A DNA stretch of 64,000 bases from contig CAZIDK010000002.1 of NCBI GenBank assembly GCA_964537895.1, forward strand, positions 82,684-146,683, in the 5' to 3' direction. The translations under genes and the position numbers were made by a program. Below are positions 27,064 through 35,917 of the stretch, one piece after another. This stretch comes from an uncultured Gammaproteobacteria bacterium (GTDB lineage: Bacteria; Patescibacteriota; Microgenomatia; Levybacterales; UBA12049). The notes below the pieces were generated by a model, which saw only the letters and a program-made list of their open reading frames with translations, was not told the DNA's origin and made no database searches. Numbering within the stretch: position 1 is the first letter of the stretch; every line of letters begins with the position of its first letter.

Positions 27064-28505
27064 AACTAAACAGCTTAAACATTAAAGAGGCTAAGGAAGG
27101 GTTAAAAAAAAGGGATTTTTCTTCTTTTGAATTAACCAGAGCTTGTCTTGACCAAATAAAAAAGCTCGAAGGAAAATTGAATGCTTTTGTCACGATTACG
27201 GAAAACGAAGCTTTGGAACAAGCGAAAGAAGCCGACATTGAATTAGCTTCGCAAGGCGACGCCTTGGAGGCTAAGCCGCTTTTAGGAATTCCCATTGCTA
27301 TTAAAGATAATTTTTCAACGCTTGGCATTAAAACAACTGCGTCAAGTAAGGTGTTGGAAGATTATATCCCGCCATACGATGCAACAGTTGTTAAAAAATT
27401 AAAAGATGCGGGAATGGTTCTCTTAGGAAAAACCAATATGGACGCTTGGGCTCACGGCTCCTCTACGGAAACTTCTGATTTTGGAGTAACCAGAAATCCC
27501 TGGAACATAAACCATCTGCCCGGAGGCTCTTCGGGAGGGTCTGCGGCTGCAGTTGCAGCGGATGAAGTCATCGCCGCAATCGGTTCCGAGACAGCAGGCT
27601 CAATAAGACAACCTGCCAGCTGGTGCGGTGTTGTGGGACTAAAACCAACATATGGAAGAGTCAGCAGATACGGAGTTATAGCAATGGGTTCATCTTTAGA
27701 TTCTCCGGGCCCGATAACCAAAACCGTTGAGGACAGTGCTTTAATTTTGGAAGTTCTAGCAGGAAAGGACGAAAAAGACGCCACCACTTCCCCATTGCCG
27801 GTAGGGAATTACTCACAAAAGTTAAATAAAAATATTAAAGAATTGAGAGTGGGAATTTCCAGAGAGTACTTTATCGACGGGATTGATAAAGAAGTTAAAG
27901 AAACAGTTGAAAGGGCTGCTAAAGCATTAGAAAAATTTGGTGCAAAAGTTGAAAATATCAAACTATTCGATCCAAAATATGCGATTGATGTCTACACAAT
28001 AATTCAAAGATCCGAAGTCTCATCCAACTTGGCTAGATACGACGGAATTAGGTACGGAAACGGACGCGATTATTTTAAAGATGAGGCAAAGCGAAGAATT
28101 ATGTTTGGTACCTATGCCCTTTCATCCGGATATTACGACCAGTATTACAATAAAGCCCAGCAGGTAAGAACTGTAATCATCAATGATTTTAATAAAGCTT
28201 TTGAAAAAGTTGATGTAATAATTGCTCCCACAAGTCCTTCTCTGGCCTTACCGGTGGGGGCCACTAAAGATGCAACTATGTTTGGAGAAATTGCAGACGT
28301 ATTGGTAGAACCGTCTTCAATCGCAGGGCTAGCGGGTATAAATATCCCCGTAGGGTTTTCGAAATCGGGTCTTCCGATTGGAATGCAGATAATCGGACCG
28401 CAGTTTAGCGAAACGTTAGTTCTTTCTGTTGCGCATCAATATGAAGTAAATACTCAAAATGAGAATCGGAGAAAACTTAGGCCGAATTTACAATTTAAAA
28501 TTTGA
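27060..28505 (+). CDS. gatA: Asp/Glu-tRNA amidotransferase subunit A (amidase signature)
   Basis: Amidase signature motif GGSSGGSAAAVAA plus the Ser-cisSer-Lys catalytic context. Confidence 0.9.
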   Translation: MKLNSLNIKEAKEGLKKRDFSSFELTRACLDQIKKLEGKLNAFVTITENEALEQAKEADIELASQGDALEAKPLLGIPIAIKDNFSTLGIKTTASSKVLEDYIPPYDATVVKKLKDAGMVLLGKTNMDAWAHGSSTETSDFGVTRNPWNINHLPGGSSGGSAAAVAADEVIAAIGSETAGSIRQPASWCGVVGLKPTYGRVSRYGVIAMGSSLDSPGPITKTVEDSALILEVLAGKDEKDATTSPLPVGNYSQKLNKNIKELRVGISREYFIDGIDKEVKETVERAAKALEKFGAKVENIKLFDPKYAIDVYTIIQRSEVSSNLARYDGIRYGNGRDYFKDEAKRRIMFGTYALSSGYYDQYYNKAQQVRTVIINDFNKAFEKVDVIIAPTSPSLALPVGATKDATMFGEIADVLVEPSSIAGLAGINIPVGFSKSGLPIGMQIIGPQFSETLVLSVAHQYEVNTQNENRRKLRPNLQFKI

Positions 28506-28584
28506 AATTTATAATCAAACTCAAATGTTTTAAAATTGAAACATTGAAAATTCATTGAAAATTTAAAATTGGTAATTAAAAATT

Positions 28585-29961
28585 ATGAATAAATATACGC
28601 CAGTAATCGGCCTTGAAGTGCACGTTGAGTTAAAAACCACCAGCAAAATGTTTTGTGCTTGCTCTGCTGACTACTTTGGCAAAAAGCCTAACACCCATAC
28701 TTGCCCCGTTTGCCTTGGTCTTCCTGGCGCACTTCCCTATCCAAATAAAAAAGCAATTGAATGGTGCGTAATGATTGGACTTGCATTAAATTGTAAGATT
28801 CCCCTATTTTCCAAATTCGACAGAAAAAATTATTTTTATCCTGACCTTGCCAAAGGTTACCAAATTTCACAGTATGACAAACCATTTTGCCAAAATGGAT
28901 GGATAGAATTACAAAACGGCAAAAGAATTGGAATTACCAGGGTCCACATGGAAGAAGATACCGGTAAATTAATTCATGAAAAAGTTGACGGAGAAAATGT
29001 AAGCTTAATCGATTTTAACCGAAGCGGAGTCCCGCTTGTTGAAATAGTTACAGAACCGGATTTTGAAACGGCTGATGAAGTAAAAGAATACCTGCAAAAA
29101 CTTCAGCAAATTGTCAGATACCTTGGGGTTTCCAATGCCGACATGGAAAAAGGAGACATGAGATTGGAACCTAACATTTCACTTCGTGAAATCAGCAATC
29201 AGCAATCACCTGCCCGCAATGCTTCGCAAAGCGATGCAGGCGGGGCAATCAGCAATCAATTACCACCCTATAAAGTTGAAGTAAAAAACATAAATTCGTT
29301 TGCTTTTGTATCAAAAGCGATTGATTACGAAATAAAAAGACAAACAGAAATTTTGGAAAAAGGAAAAACTCCCGTACAGGAAACAAGGGGATTTGTTGAA
29401 AAAACCTCGTCGACAGTTACGCAAAGAGTTAAGGAGGAGGCATCAGACTACAGATATTTCCCAGAACCGGATATTCCTCCAATCCGTTGGCTTGAATCTC
29501 AAATTTTAAATCTTAAATCTCAAATGCCGGAGCTTCCGGATGCAAAACTTGATAGGTTTCAAAAACAATACTCACTCTCCCAATACGACAGCGGCCTATT
29601 AACAAGAATAGCTGAGCTTGCAAGTTTTTTTGAAGAAGCTGTTACTTTGGGCAAAGAACACAACCTTATTCCTAAACAAATCGCCAATTTTATTATCAAT
29701 CGAAAAATTAACCTTGATGAAATTCTGCCCGCAGAGCTTGTTAAAAAGGTTGTTTCTGCAAGTAAAACCGATGATATAAACGAAGAAGAGTTAGTAAAAA
29801 TCATTAAAAAAATATTGAAAGATAATCCGAAAATCGCAGAAGATTATAAAAAAGGCAAGGATTCTGTCATCCAGTTTGCCATTGGACAAGTTATGTATAT
29901 AATAAGAAAGAAAATAGATACGGATATTTTGACAAAACTAATAAAGGAGGAATTAAAATAA
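28585..29961 (+). CDS. gatB: Asp/Glu-tRNA amidotransferase subunit B
   Basis: N-terminus YTPVIGLEVHVEL; C-terminal YqeY-like tail. Contains a GC-rich insertion that stays in frame at 29190-29259. Confidence 0.85.
   Translation: MNKYTPVIGLEVHVELKTTSKMFCACSADYFGKKPNTHTCPVCLGLPGALPYPNKKAIEWCVMIGLALNCKIPLFSKFDRKNYFYPDLAKGYQISQYDKPFCQNGWIELQNGKRIGITRVHMEEDTGKLIHEKVDGENVSLIDFNRSGVPLVEIVTEPDFETADEVKEYLQKLQQIVRYLGVSNADMEKGDMRLEPNISLREISNQQSPARNASQSDAGGAISNQLPPYKVEVKNINSFAFVSKAIDYEIKRQTEILEKGKTPVQETRGFVEKTSSTVTQRVKEEASDYRYFPEPDIPPIRWLESQILNLKSQMPELPDAKLDRFQKQYSLSQYDSGLLTRIAELASFFEEAVTLGKEHNLIPKQIANFIINRKINLDEILPAELVKKVVSASKTDDINEEELVKIIKKILKDNPKIAEDYKKGKDSVIQFAIGQVMYIIRKKIDTDILTKLIKEELK
29190..29259. 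repeat. GC-rich palindromic insertion flanked by caatcag heptamer repeats, in frame inside gatB
   Basis: Left flank atcagcaatcagcaatca, core cctgcccgcaatgcttcgcaaagcgatgcaggcgggg, right flank caatcagcaatcaa. Adds about 25 aa (ISNQQSPARNASQSDAGGAISNQ) between conserved GatB blocks. Confidence 0.5.
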
Positions 29962-30752
29962 TGGCATCAGATATTTCATCAGTTGAAACATCAACACCGC
30001 AAGTACCTTCGAAATTAAGGGAGGCAGGAAGTAGACATGACGAAATAGCCCAGAGAATAAAAACAATAAAAGATTATGCTTTATTAGAAGGGTTACTGGC
30101 ACCAGAAGGACTGGGTGAAGATGAGCATTTTTGGTTTACTGTTATGAATACCTATCGCTCTGTTGAAACCGTGCTTGAAAAACCTATACAGGATAAGGAT
30201 GTAAGAAGAAAAACAGCAATCGCGATTGCCATAGATCAGTCAAAAGAAAAAATGGAGATTGAAAAAAAAGCTGCTACCGATGGACTAACAGGAGCTTGGT
30301 CAAGACGTTCTTTGGATAATTTCTTAGGAAACATGACTGCGAAACAAAGAGAGGATTCTGTTACAGGAGTAATGTTAATTGATATAGACCACTTTAAAAA
30401 AATAAATGACGAAAAAGGACACCCAGCGGGAGATCAAGCACTTAGGGATTTAGTTACCTTGCTTAGAGGACATTCTAGAGGGGATGACATGGTCGCAAGA
30501 TATGGCGGGGAAGAGTTTTGCCTAGTCTTGCCAGGCGGCGGAGGTTTAATAAACGAAAGAGCTGATGAAATAAGAAAAAGCGTTCAGGAAATCTTTGATT
30601 TTACAGTTAGCGTTGGAACAACTAAAATAGATTCCAGCGATACTTCTATAAAATCTGTATATGAAAGAATAGATAAAAACCTTTATAACGTAAAACATAA
30701 CGGCAGAAACAACGTAGCAGACGATAATGGATTAATACACCCTACAGGATAA
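29961..30752 (+). CDS. GGDEF-domain diguanylate cyclase (stand-alone, with RxxD I-site)
   Basis: GGEEF in RYGGEEFCLVL, RGDD five residues upstream, and DxLTG substrate-binding motifs. No N-terminal sensor domain recognised. Confidence 0.75.
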   Translation: MASDISSVETSTPQVPSKLREAGSRHDEIAQRIKTIKDYALLEGLLAPEGLGEDEHFWFTVMNTYRSVETVLEKPIQDKDVRRKTAIAIAIDQSKEKMEIEKKAATDGLTGAWSRRSLDNFLGNMTAKQREDSVTGVMLIDIDHFKKINDEKGHPAGDQALRDLVTLLRGHSRGDDMVARYGGEEFCLVLPGGGGLINERADEIRKSVQEIFDFTVSVGTTKIDSSDTSIKSVYERIDKNLYNVKHNGRNNVADDNGLIHPTG

Positions 30753-30756
30753 GTTT

Positions 30757-33700
30757 ATGGCGGATTTTGTACATCTTCATAATCACAGCGAATTTTCTTT
30801 ACTTGACGGTCTTTCGAAAATAAAAGACATGGTCGCTCGTGCAAAAGAGCTCAACATGAAATCAATTGCAATTACCGACCATGGCAACATGTATGGAGCA
30901 ATAACTTTTTACAAAACCTGCATTGAGGAGGGCATAAAACCGATAATCGGCGCTGAAATTTACATAAGCAAAAGATCAAGGCACGACAAAGAAGCCGGTA
31001 TTGATGGAGACAATAACCATCTAATTCTGCTTGCGGAAAACCTTCAAGGATACAAAAATTTGATGAAAATTATTTCCATTGCCAATCTTGAAGGATACTA
31101 TTATAAACCAAGAACGGATATGGAACTTCTAAGGGAGTATCACGAAGGATTAATTTGTTTAAGCGCCTGCGTAAACGGCTATGTTTCCGAACCGCTAATA
31201 GCCAACCAGGAAGAAACTGCAATAAAAAGAGCGCAAACTCTTTCGGAAATATTTGGCAAAGACCATTTTTATCTGGAGATACAAAAACATACTAACGTTA
31301 AAGATCAGGATATTCTAAACGAAAAGTTAATAAAATTATCGCAAAAATTAGGCCTTCCTCTGGTTGCAACAAATGATAACCATTATATTTACAATACCGA
31401 TGCCAAGGCACAGGAAGCACTCCTTTGCATACAGACTCAATCAACGTTAGACACGCCAAACAGAAAGCTTTCGATGATTTCTTCTCCTGATTTTTACATA
31501 AAAAGTCAGGAGGAGATGACAGGACTTTTTATTCAAACTCCGGAAGCAATTGAAAATACAACAAAAATTGCAGACATGTGTAACGTCGAAATTTCGCTCG
31601 GCAAATGGATAATGCCTATTTTTGAGGTTCCGGGAGGCAAAACCCCGGCAGAATACATTACCCAAAAGGTAGAAGAAGGACTTAGGCGTAGATATAAAAA
31701 AATAACTCCGGAAATGAAAGAAAGAACCGATTATGAATTATCGGTTATCCTTAAAAAGGGATACGAAACCTATATATTAATAGTTGCGGATTTTGTTAAT
31801 TGGGCAAAAATGCAAGGCATTACCGTTGGCCCGGGCAGAGGTTCAAATGCCGGTTCTATTGTTTCTTACGCGCTGGGAATATCAGACATTGACCCCTTAT
31901 TTTTTAAGCTTCCCTTCGAAAGGTTTTTAAACCCGATGCGGCCATCTCCGCCGGACATTGATTTGGACTTTGCGGATAACAGAAGGGACGAGGTCATTGA
32001 GTACGTAACGCAAAAGTACGGAAGAGATAAAGTTGCTCAAATTATAACTTTTGGGACAATGGAAGCCAGGGGCTCTGTCAGGGATACCGGCAGAGTAATG
32101 GGTATGCCTTACTCGGCGCCTGACCGGATATCAAAAATGATTCCTCCCGGCTGGCAGGGGCACACAATGACCATAGATAAAGCAATGGAACAAAGTCCCG
32201 AACTTAAACTTGTTTATACAACCGAACCCGAAACCAAAAAGCTACTTGATCTGGCAAGGAAATTAGAAGGGGTAGCACGACATGCATCGGTACATGCGGC
32301 AGGAGTTGTCATAGCAGACAAAGAAATTACAGAATATACTCCCCTGCAGCGTGAATCAAATGGTGACAAAATAATTACACAATATGATATGTATAGCATT
32401 GGTGAGGACGGCGTTGGGCTTTTAAAGATTGATTTCCTGGGCCTTAGAAACTTAACTATTATTCAAGAGGCGCTTAGATTTATAAAAGACAATCAAGAAA
32501 AAGATATCAATTTTTCCAATATTTCGTTTGACGATACAAAAACTTACGAACTCTTGGCTTCGGGAGAAACAACAGGAATATTCCAACTCGAATCTTCCGG
32601 AATGAGAAGGTATATAAAGGAACTAAAGCCGACTTCAATATTCGATTTACAAGCAATGGTTGCTTTATATAGGCCGGGCCCGATGGCTAATATTCCCGAG
32701 TTTATAAAAAGAAAACATAACCCCAAGCTCATAAAATATCCCGATAAAAGACTTGAAGACGTTTTAAAAGAATCTTACGGAATAATTACTTTCCAAGACG
32801 ATCTTCTGCTTACGGCTATAAAAGTTGCCGGATATTCGTGGCTTGAAGCAGACAAGCTAAGAAAAGCTGTGGGTAAAAAAATTCCTTCGGAAATGAAAAA
32901 AGAGCACGATCATTTCGTGCAAGGCTGTATTACAAACGGAATGGCGAAGGAAAAGGCAGAGACACTGTGGATTCTGTTCGAACCTTTTGCCGGATACGGT
33001 TTTGGGAAGGCACATGCTGCTTGTTACGCAACAATCGCTTTCAGAACAGCCTATCTGAAAGCTCATTATCCCGTTGAGTTTATGACTGCTCTTCTTACAG
33101 CGGAGTCCCGCGGATCTTCGGGACCAATAAAGAACGAAAAAATCGCGCAGGCGATTGCCGAATGCAAAAGACTAAAAGTTATCGTGCTCCCTCCGGATAT
33201 AAATAAATCCGACAACGAATTCGAAATCGAAGATGAAAAAAGCATAAGATTTGGACTTTCGGCCATAAAAAACGTCGGAGAAGCTGCGATAGGCAGCATC
33301 CTCAAGAAAAGAAAGAGCGGTCCCTTCAAAAATCTGGAAGATTTTTGTTCGCGGGTAGATCTTAGCGCTGTAAACAAAAAGACCGTTGAGAGCTTAATCA
33401 AAGCCGGCGCAATGGATAACTTTGGCAAACGTGCGAATCTTCTAATTAATTATCCTGAAATTATAGAAAAATCTCATAGGAAAATAAAACAGCAGCAATC
33501 GGGCCAAACGAATCTTTTTGGCGATTCCGATGAAAACGACTTTGCTTCTTTACCAAAAGACGTTGAGGAATTCTCATCAAACGAAAAATTAGCTTTTGAA
33601 AAAGAGTTTTTAGGTTTTTATTTAACCTCTCACCCCCAAATGGACAGCCTGTCAAAAATTAGATCGCTTGTTAGCCACGAGATTGAGCTACTACAGGAGG

Positions 33701-33975
33701 AAAACGAAGGCACCAAGGTAACTATTGGCGGTATTATCGAGAACATAAGAAGAATATTCACAAAGAAAACCGGAAACGAAATGGCATTTATTACATTAAG
33801 CGATGAAAAAGGATTAATTGCCGAATGCATAATTTTTCCGAGGATATTTGAACAATATAAAAATTTACTGCTAAAAGATTCTGTGATAGTCGTTAGCGGA
33901 AAAATCGACACAAAAAATGACAAACCGATAATTATTGCCGAAAGAATATCTTCGTTCGCCAATTTTTCTTCTTGA
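30757..33975 (+). CDS. dnaE: DNA polymerase III alpha subunit
   Basis: N-terminal PHP domain (VHLHNHSEFSLLDG), polymerase core, and an OB-fold at the C-terminus. 1072 aa. Confidence 0.9.
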   Translation: MADFVHLHNHSEFSLLDGLSKIKDMVARAKELNMKSIAITDHGNMYGAITFYKTCIEEGIKPIIGAEIYISKRSRHDKEAGIDGDNNHLILLAENLQGYKNLMKIISIANLEGYYYKPRTDMELLREYHEGLICLSACVNGYVSEPLIANQEETAIKRAQTLSEIFGKDHFYLEIQKHTNVKDQDILNEKLIKLSQKLGLPLVATNDNHYIYNTDAKAQEALLCIQTQSTLDTPNRKLSMISSPDFYIKSQEEMTGLFIQTPEAIENTTKIADMCNVEISLGKWIMPIFEVPGGKTPAEYITQKVEEGLRRRYKKITPEMKERTDYELSVILKKGYETYILIVADFVNWAKMQGITVGPGRGSNAGSIVSYALGISDIDPLFFKLPFERFLNPMRPSPPDIDLDFADNRRDEVIEYVTQKYGRDKVAQIITFGTMEARGSVRDTGRVMGMPYSAPDRISKMIPPGWQGHTMTIDKAMEQSPELKLVYTTEPETKKLLDLARKLEGVARHASVHAAGVVIADKEITEYTPLQRESNGDKIITQYDMYSIGEDGVGLLKIDFLGLRNLTIIQEALRFIKDNQEKDINFSNISFDDTKTYELLASGETTGIFQLESSGMRRYIKELKPTSIFDLQAMVALYRPGPMANIPEFIKRKHNPKLIKYPDKRLEDVLKESYGIITFQDDLLLTAIKVAGYSWLEADKLRKAVGKKIPSEMKKEHDHFVQGCITNGMAKEKAETLWILFEPFAGYGFGKAHAACYATIAFRTAYLKAHYPVEFMTALLTAESRGSSGPIKNEKIAQAIAECKRLKVIVLPPDINKSDNEFEIEDEKSIRFGLSAIKNVGEAAIGSILKKRKSGPFKNLEDFCSRVDLSAVNKKTVESLIKAGAMDNFGKRANLLINYPEIIEKSHRKIKQQQSGQTNLFGDSDENDFASLPKDVEEFSSNEKLAFEKEFLGFYLTSHPQMDSLSKIRSLVSHEIELLQEENEGTKVTIGGIIENIRRIFTKKTGNEMAFITLSDEKGLIAECIIFPRIFEQYKNLLLKDSVIVVSGKIDTKNDKPIIIAERISSFANFSS

Positions 33976-34745
33976 CTTGGAAAAAAATTATCTTTAAAAT
34001 AAGGCTGATGGTCTCATTTGCAGCAGAACCTGTTTTTAGTTTGGGCTTTTTTCAGATTACAAACACCTTTATTCATACCCTCTTAGTTGACGGGATACTC
34101 ATCGCAACGTGCTTCTACTTCAGAAATAAAATTACTCTTATTCCGGGAAAAATTCAAAATCTTGCGGAGCTTGCCATCGAGACTTTTTATAATCTTTCGG
34201 AATCAATCGCCGGGGAACGAGGGAAGAAAATCTTCCCTTATTTTATGACTTTTTTTCTCTTCATACTTATCGCGAACTGGACCGCTCTTCTTCCGGGATT
34301 CAACGTTTTAGGAATTAAAGAACACGAAGGTTTAGTCCCATTATTAAGAGGCGCTACAAGCGACGTAAATGTCACGTTTGGCCTTGCAATAATTTCTATA
34401 GTTGCCACGCATATTTTCAGTATAAAAACCATAGGTATCCGCGAGTATTTGTCCAGATATCTTTCTCTTAATCCTGTATTTCTTTTTATAGGGATTCTGG
34501 AAATAATTTCGGAATTTACAAAAATAGTCTCGTTAGGTTTCCGTTTATTCGGAAACATTTTTGCGGGTGAAATAGTTTTGGGTACAGTTTCCGGCCTTTT
34601 CGCTATTGTGGTTCCCCTACCATTTCTTACGCTCGAAGTGATTGTAGGATTTGTACAGGCTTTAGTTTTTGCAATGTTAACGCTTACTTTTATGACAATT
34701 CTTTCAACACCTCATCACGAAGAGGCAAAGGAGGTGAGTCATTAA
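33972..34745 (+). CDS. atpB: F0F1 ATP synthase subunit a
   Basis: Polytopic, with the conserved Arg-containing helix (GFRLFGNIFAGE). First gene of the atp operon. Confidence 0.8.
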   Translation: MTWKKIIFKIRLMVSFAAEPVFSLGFFQITNTFIHTLLVDGILIATCFYFRNKITLIPGKIQNLAELAIETFYNLSESIAGERGKKIFPYFMTFFLFILIANWTALLPGFNVLGIKEHEGLVPLLRGATSDVNVTFGLAIISIVATHIFSIKTIGIREYLSRYLSLNPVFLFIGILEIISEFTKIVSLGFRLFGNIFAGEIVLGTVSGLFAIVVPLPFLTLEVIVGFVQALVFAMLTLTFMTILSTPHHEEAKEVSH

Positions 34746-34952
34746 GTGGAATTTCACGTTACAGGAGGTCTTATAATCGCTATCGGAGGAATGCTTCCTG
34801 CATTAGCTGTCGGACTTATTGGTGCAAAAGCTATGGAAGCCATGGGAAGAAACCCGGAAGCATCCGGAAAAATCCTCCCGGCTATGATTTTAGGGATGGC
34901 ATTTGCAGAAGCTATTGCTATTTACGCATTAATCCTGGCATTTATCGGCTAA
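34746..34952 (+). CDS. atpE: F0F1 ATP synthase subunit c (GTG start)
   Basis: 68 aa two-helix hairpin with the conserved acidic residue in helix 2 ([13 protein letters not shown]). Confidence 0.8.
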   Translation: MEFHVTGGLIIAIGGMLPALAVGLIGAKAMEAMGRNPEASGKILPAMILGMAFAEAIAIYALILAFIG

Positions 34953-34958
34953 TAAAAT

Positions 34959-35456
34959 ATGGAAATATTTACAAAATTTGGGTTTGATCCCGTTATGCTC
35001 GGTGCTCAAATCATAAATTTTCTAATCATTTTTTATATACTAAAAAGGTTTTTATATAAACCTATCCTTGAAATGCTTAAAAAACGCAAGGATGCCATTG
35101 AAAAGGGAGTAAAAGATGCGGAGGAAGGCAGGCTAACATTAGAAAAGGCGCTGGAAGAAGAAAAAAAGATTTTAAGAAAAGCGCAGGAACAATCAAAAAA
35201 AATTATTGATGACGCCGCGAGTCAAGCCATTCTAATAGCAAACGATATTGGGCAAAATTCAAGAAAACAAGCGGAAAAAATACTTGATGATGCAAAAACT
35301 CAAATCCAGCAAGAAACAAAAGAAGCGGAAAAAAGATTATCACAAGATGTTAGTAAATTATCCATTGAGTTTCTTAGTACATCCTTAAAGGAAATTTTTG
35401 GAGAAAAAGAAGAAAAATTAATAATAAAAAAGACATTAAAACAACTAAAAAAATAG
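34959..35456 (+). CDS. atpF: F0F1 ATP synthase subunit b
   Basis: Single N-terminal TM helix followed by a long charged helix. Confidence 0.75.
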   Translation: MEIFTKFGFDPVMLGAQIINFLIIFYILKRFLYKPILEMLKKRKDAIEKGVKDAEEGRLTLEKALEEEKKILRKAQEQSKKIIDDAASQAILIANDIGQNSRKQAEKILDDAKTQIQQETKEAEKRLSQDVSKLSIEFLSTSLKEIFGEKEEKLIIKKTLKQLKK

Positions 35457-35460
35457 TATG

Positions 35461-35530
35461 ACCCATTCGATACGTTCGATAAACTCAGTATCGCACTGAG
35501 CAAAATCGAATGTGCGACGTTGTTCAGGGT
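35461..35530. repeat. Nested-hairpin repeat element, copy 2, in inverted orientation relative to copy 1
   Basis: Reverse complement reads gaccctgaacaacgtcgcACATTCGattttgCTCAGTgcgatACTGAGtttatCGAACGTatcgaatgggt. The central 17 nt is identical to copy 1, and the outer stem is kept by a G-U-compatible change. Confidence 0.6.
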
Positions 35531-35551
35531 CATAATGAGTAAAATCGAATT

Positions 35552-35917
35552 ATGACAAAAAAATATATTAAAAAAATAGCCTTGGCAAGTTATGCAAAAA
35601 ATGAATTGGATTCTAAAAAAGTTAGAAAAATCGCCGGCTTTTTAACACGAAATAATCTTAAACAATACATAAAAGAATTAAAATTGTTGGAAAGTCAAAA
35701 AACTATTACAATTTTAACGCCGTCATTTAGCAAAACAACGCAAAATGATATAAAAAAACAATTTGCTAAAGTTTTCGTTGGTAAAAAGATTATAATAGAT
35801 AGTGATCCGTCTTTAATTCTTGGCGTAAAAGTAATAAATAACGATTTAATTTATAACTTGAGTTTAAAAAATACACTTGATAATCTAAATATGCATATAA
35901 ATGAACAGTATGATTGA
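35552..35917 (+). CDS. atpH: F0F1 ATP synthase subunit delta (short form)
   Basis: The C-terminal block DSDPSLILGVKVINNDLIYNLSLKNTL matches the OSCP/delta signature. Confidence 0.65.
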   Translation: MTKKYIKKIALASYAKNELDSKKVRKIAGFLTRNNLKQYIKELKLLESQKTITILTPSFSKTTQNDIKKQFAKVFVGKKIIIDSDPSLILGVKVINNDLIYNLSLKNTLDNLNMHINEQYD

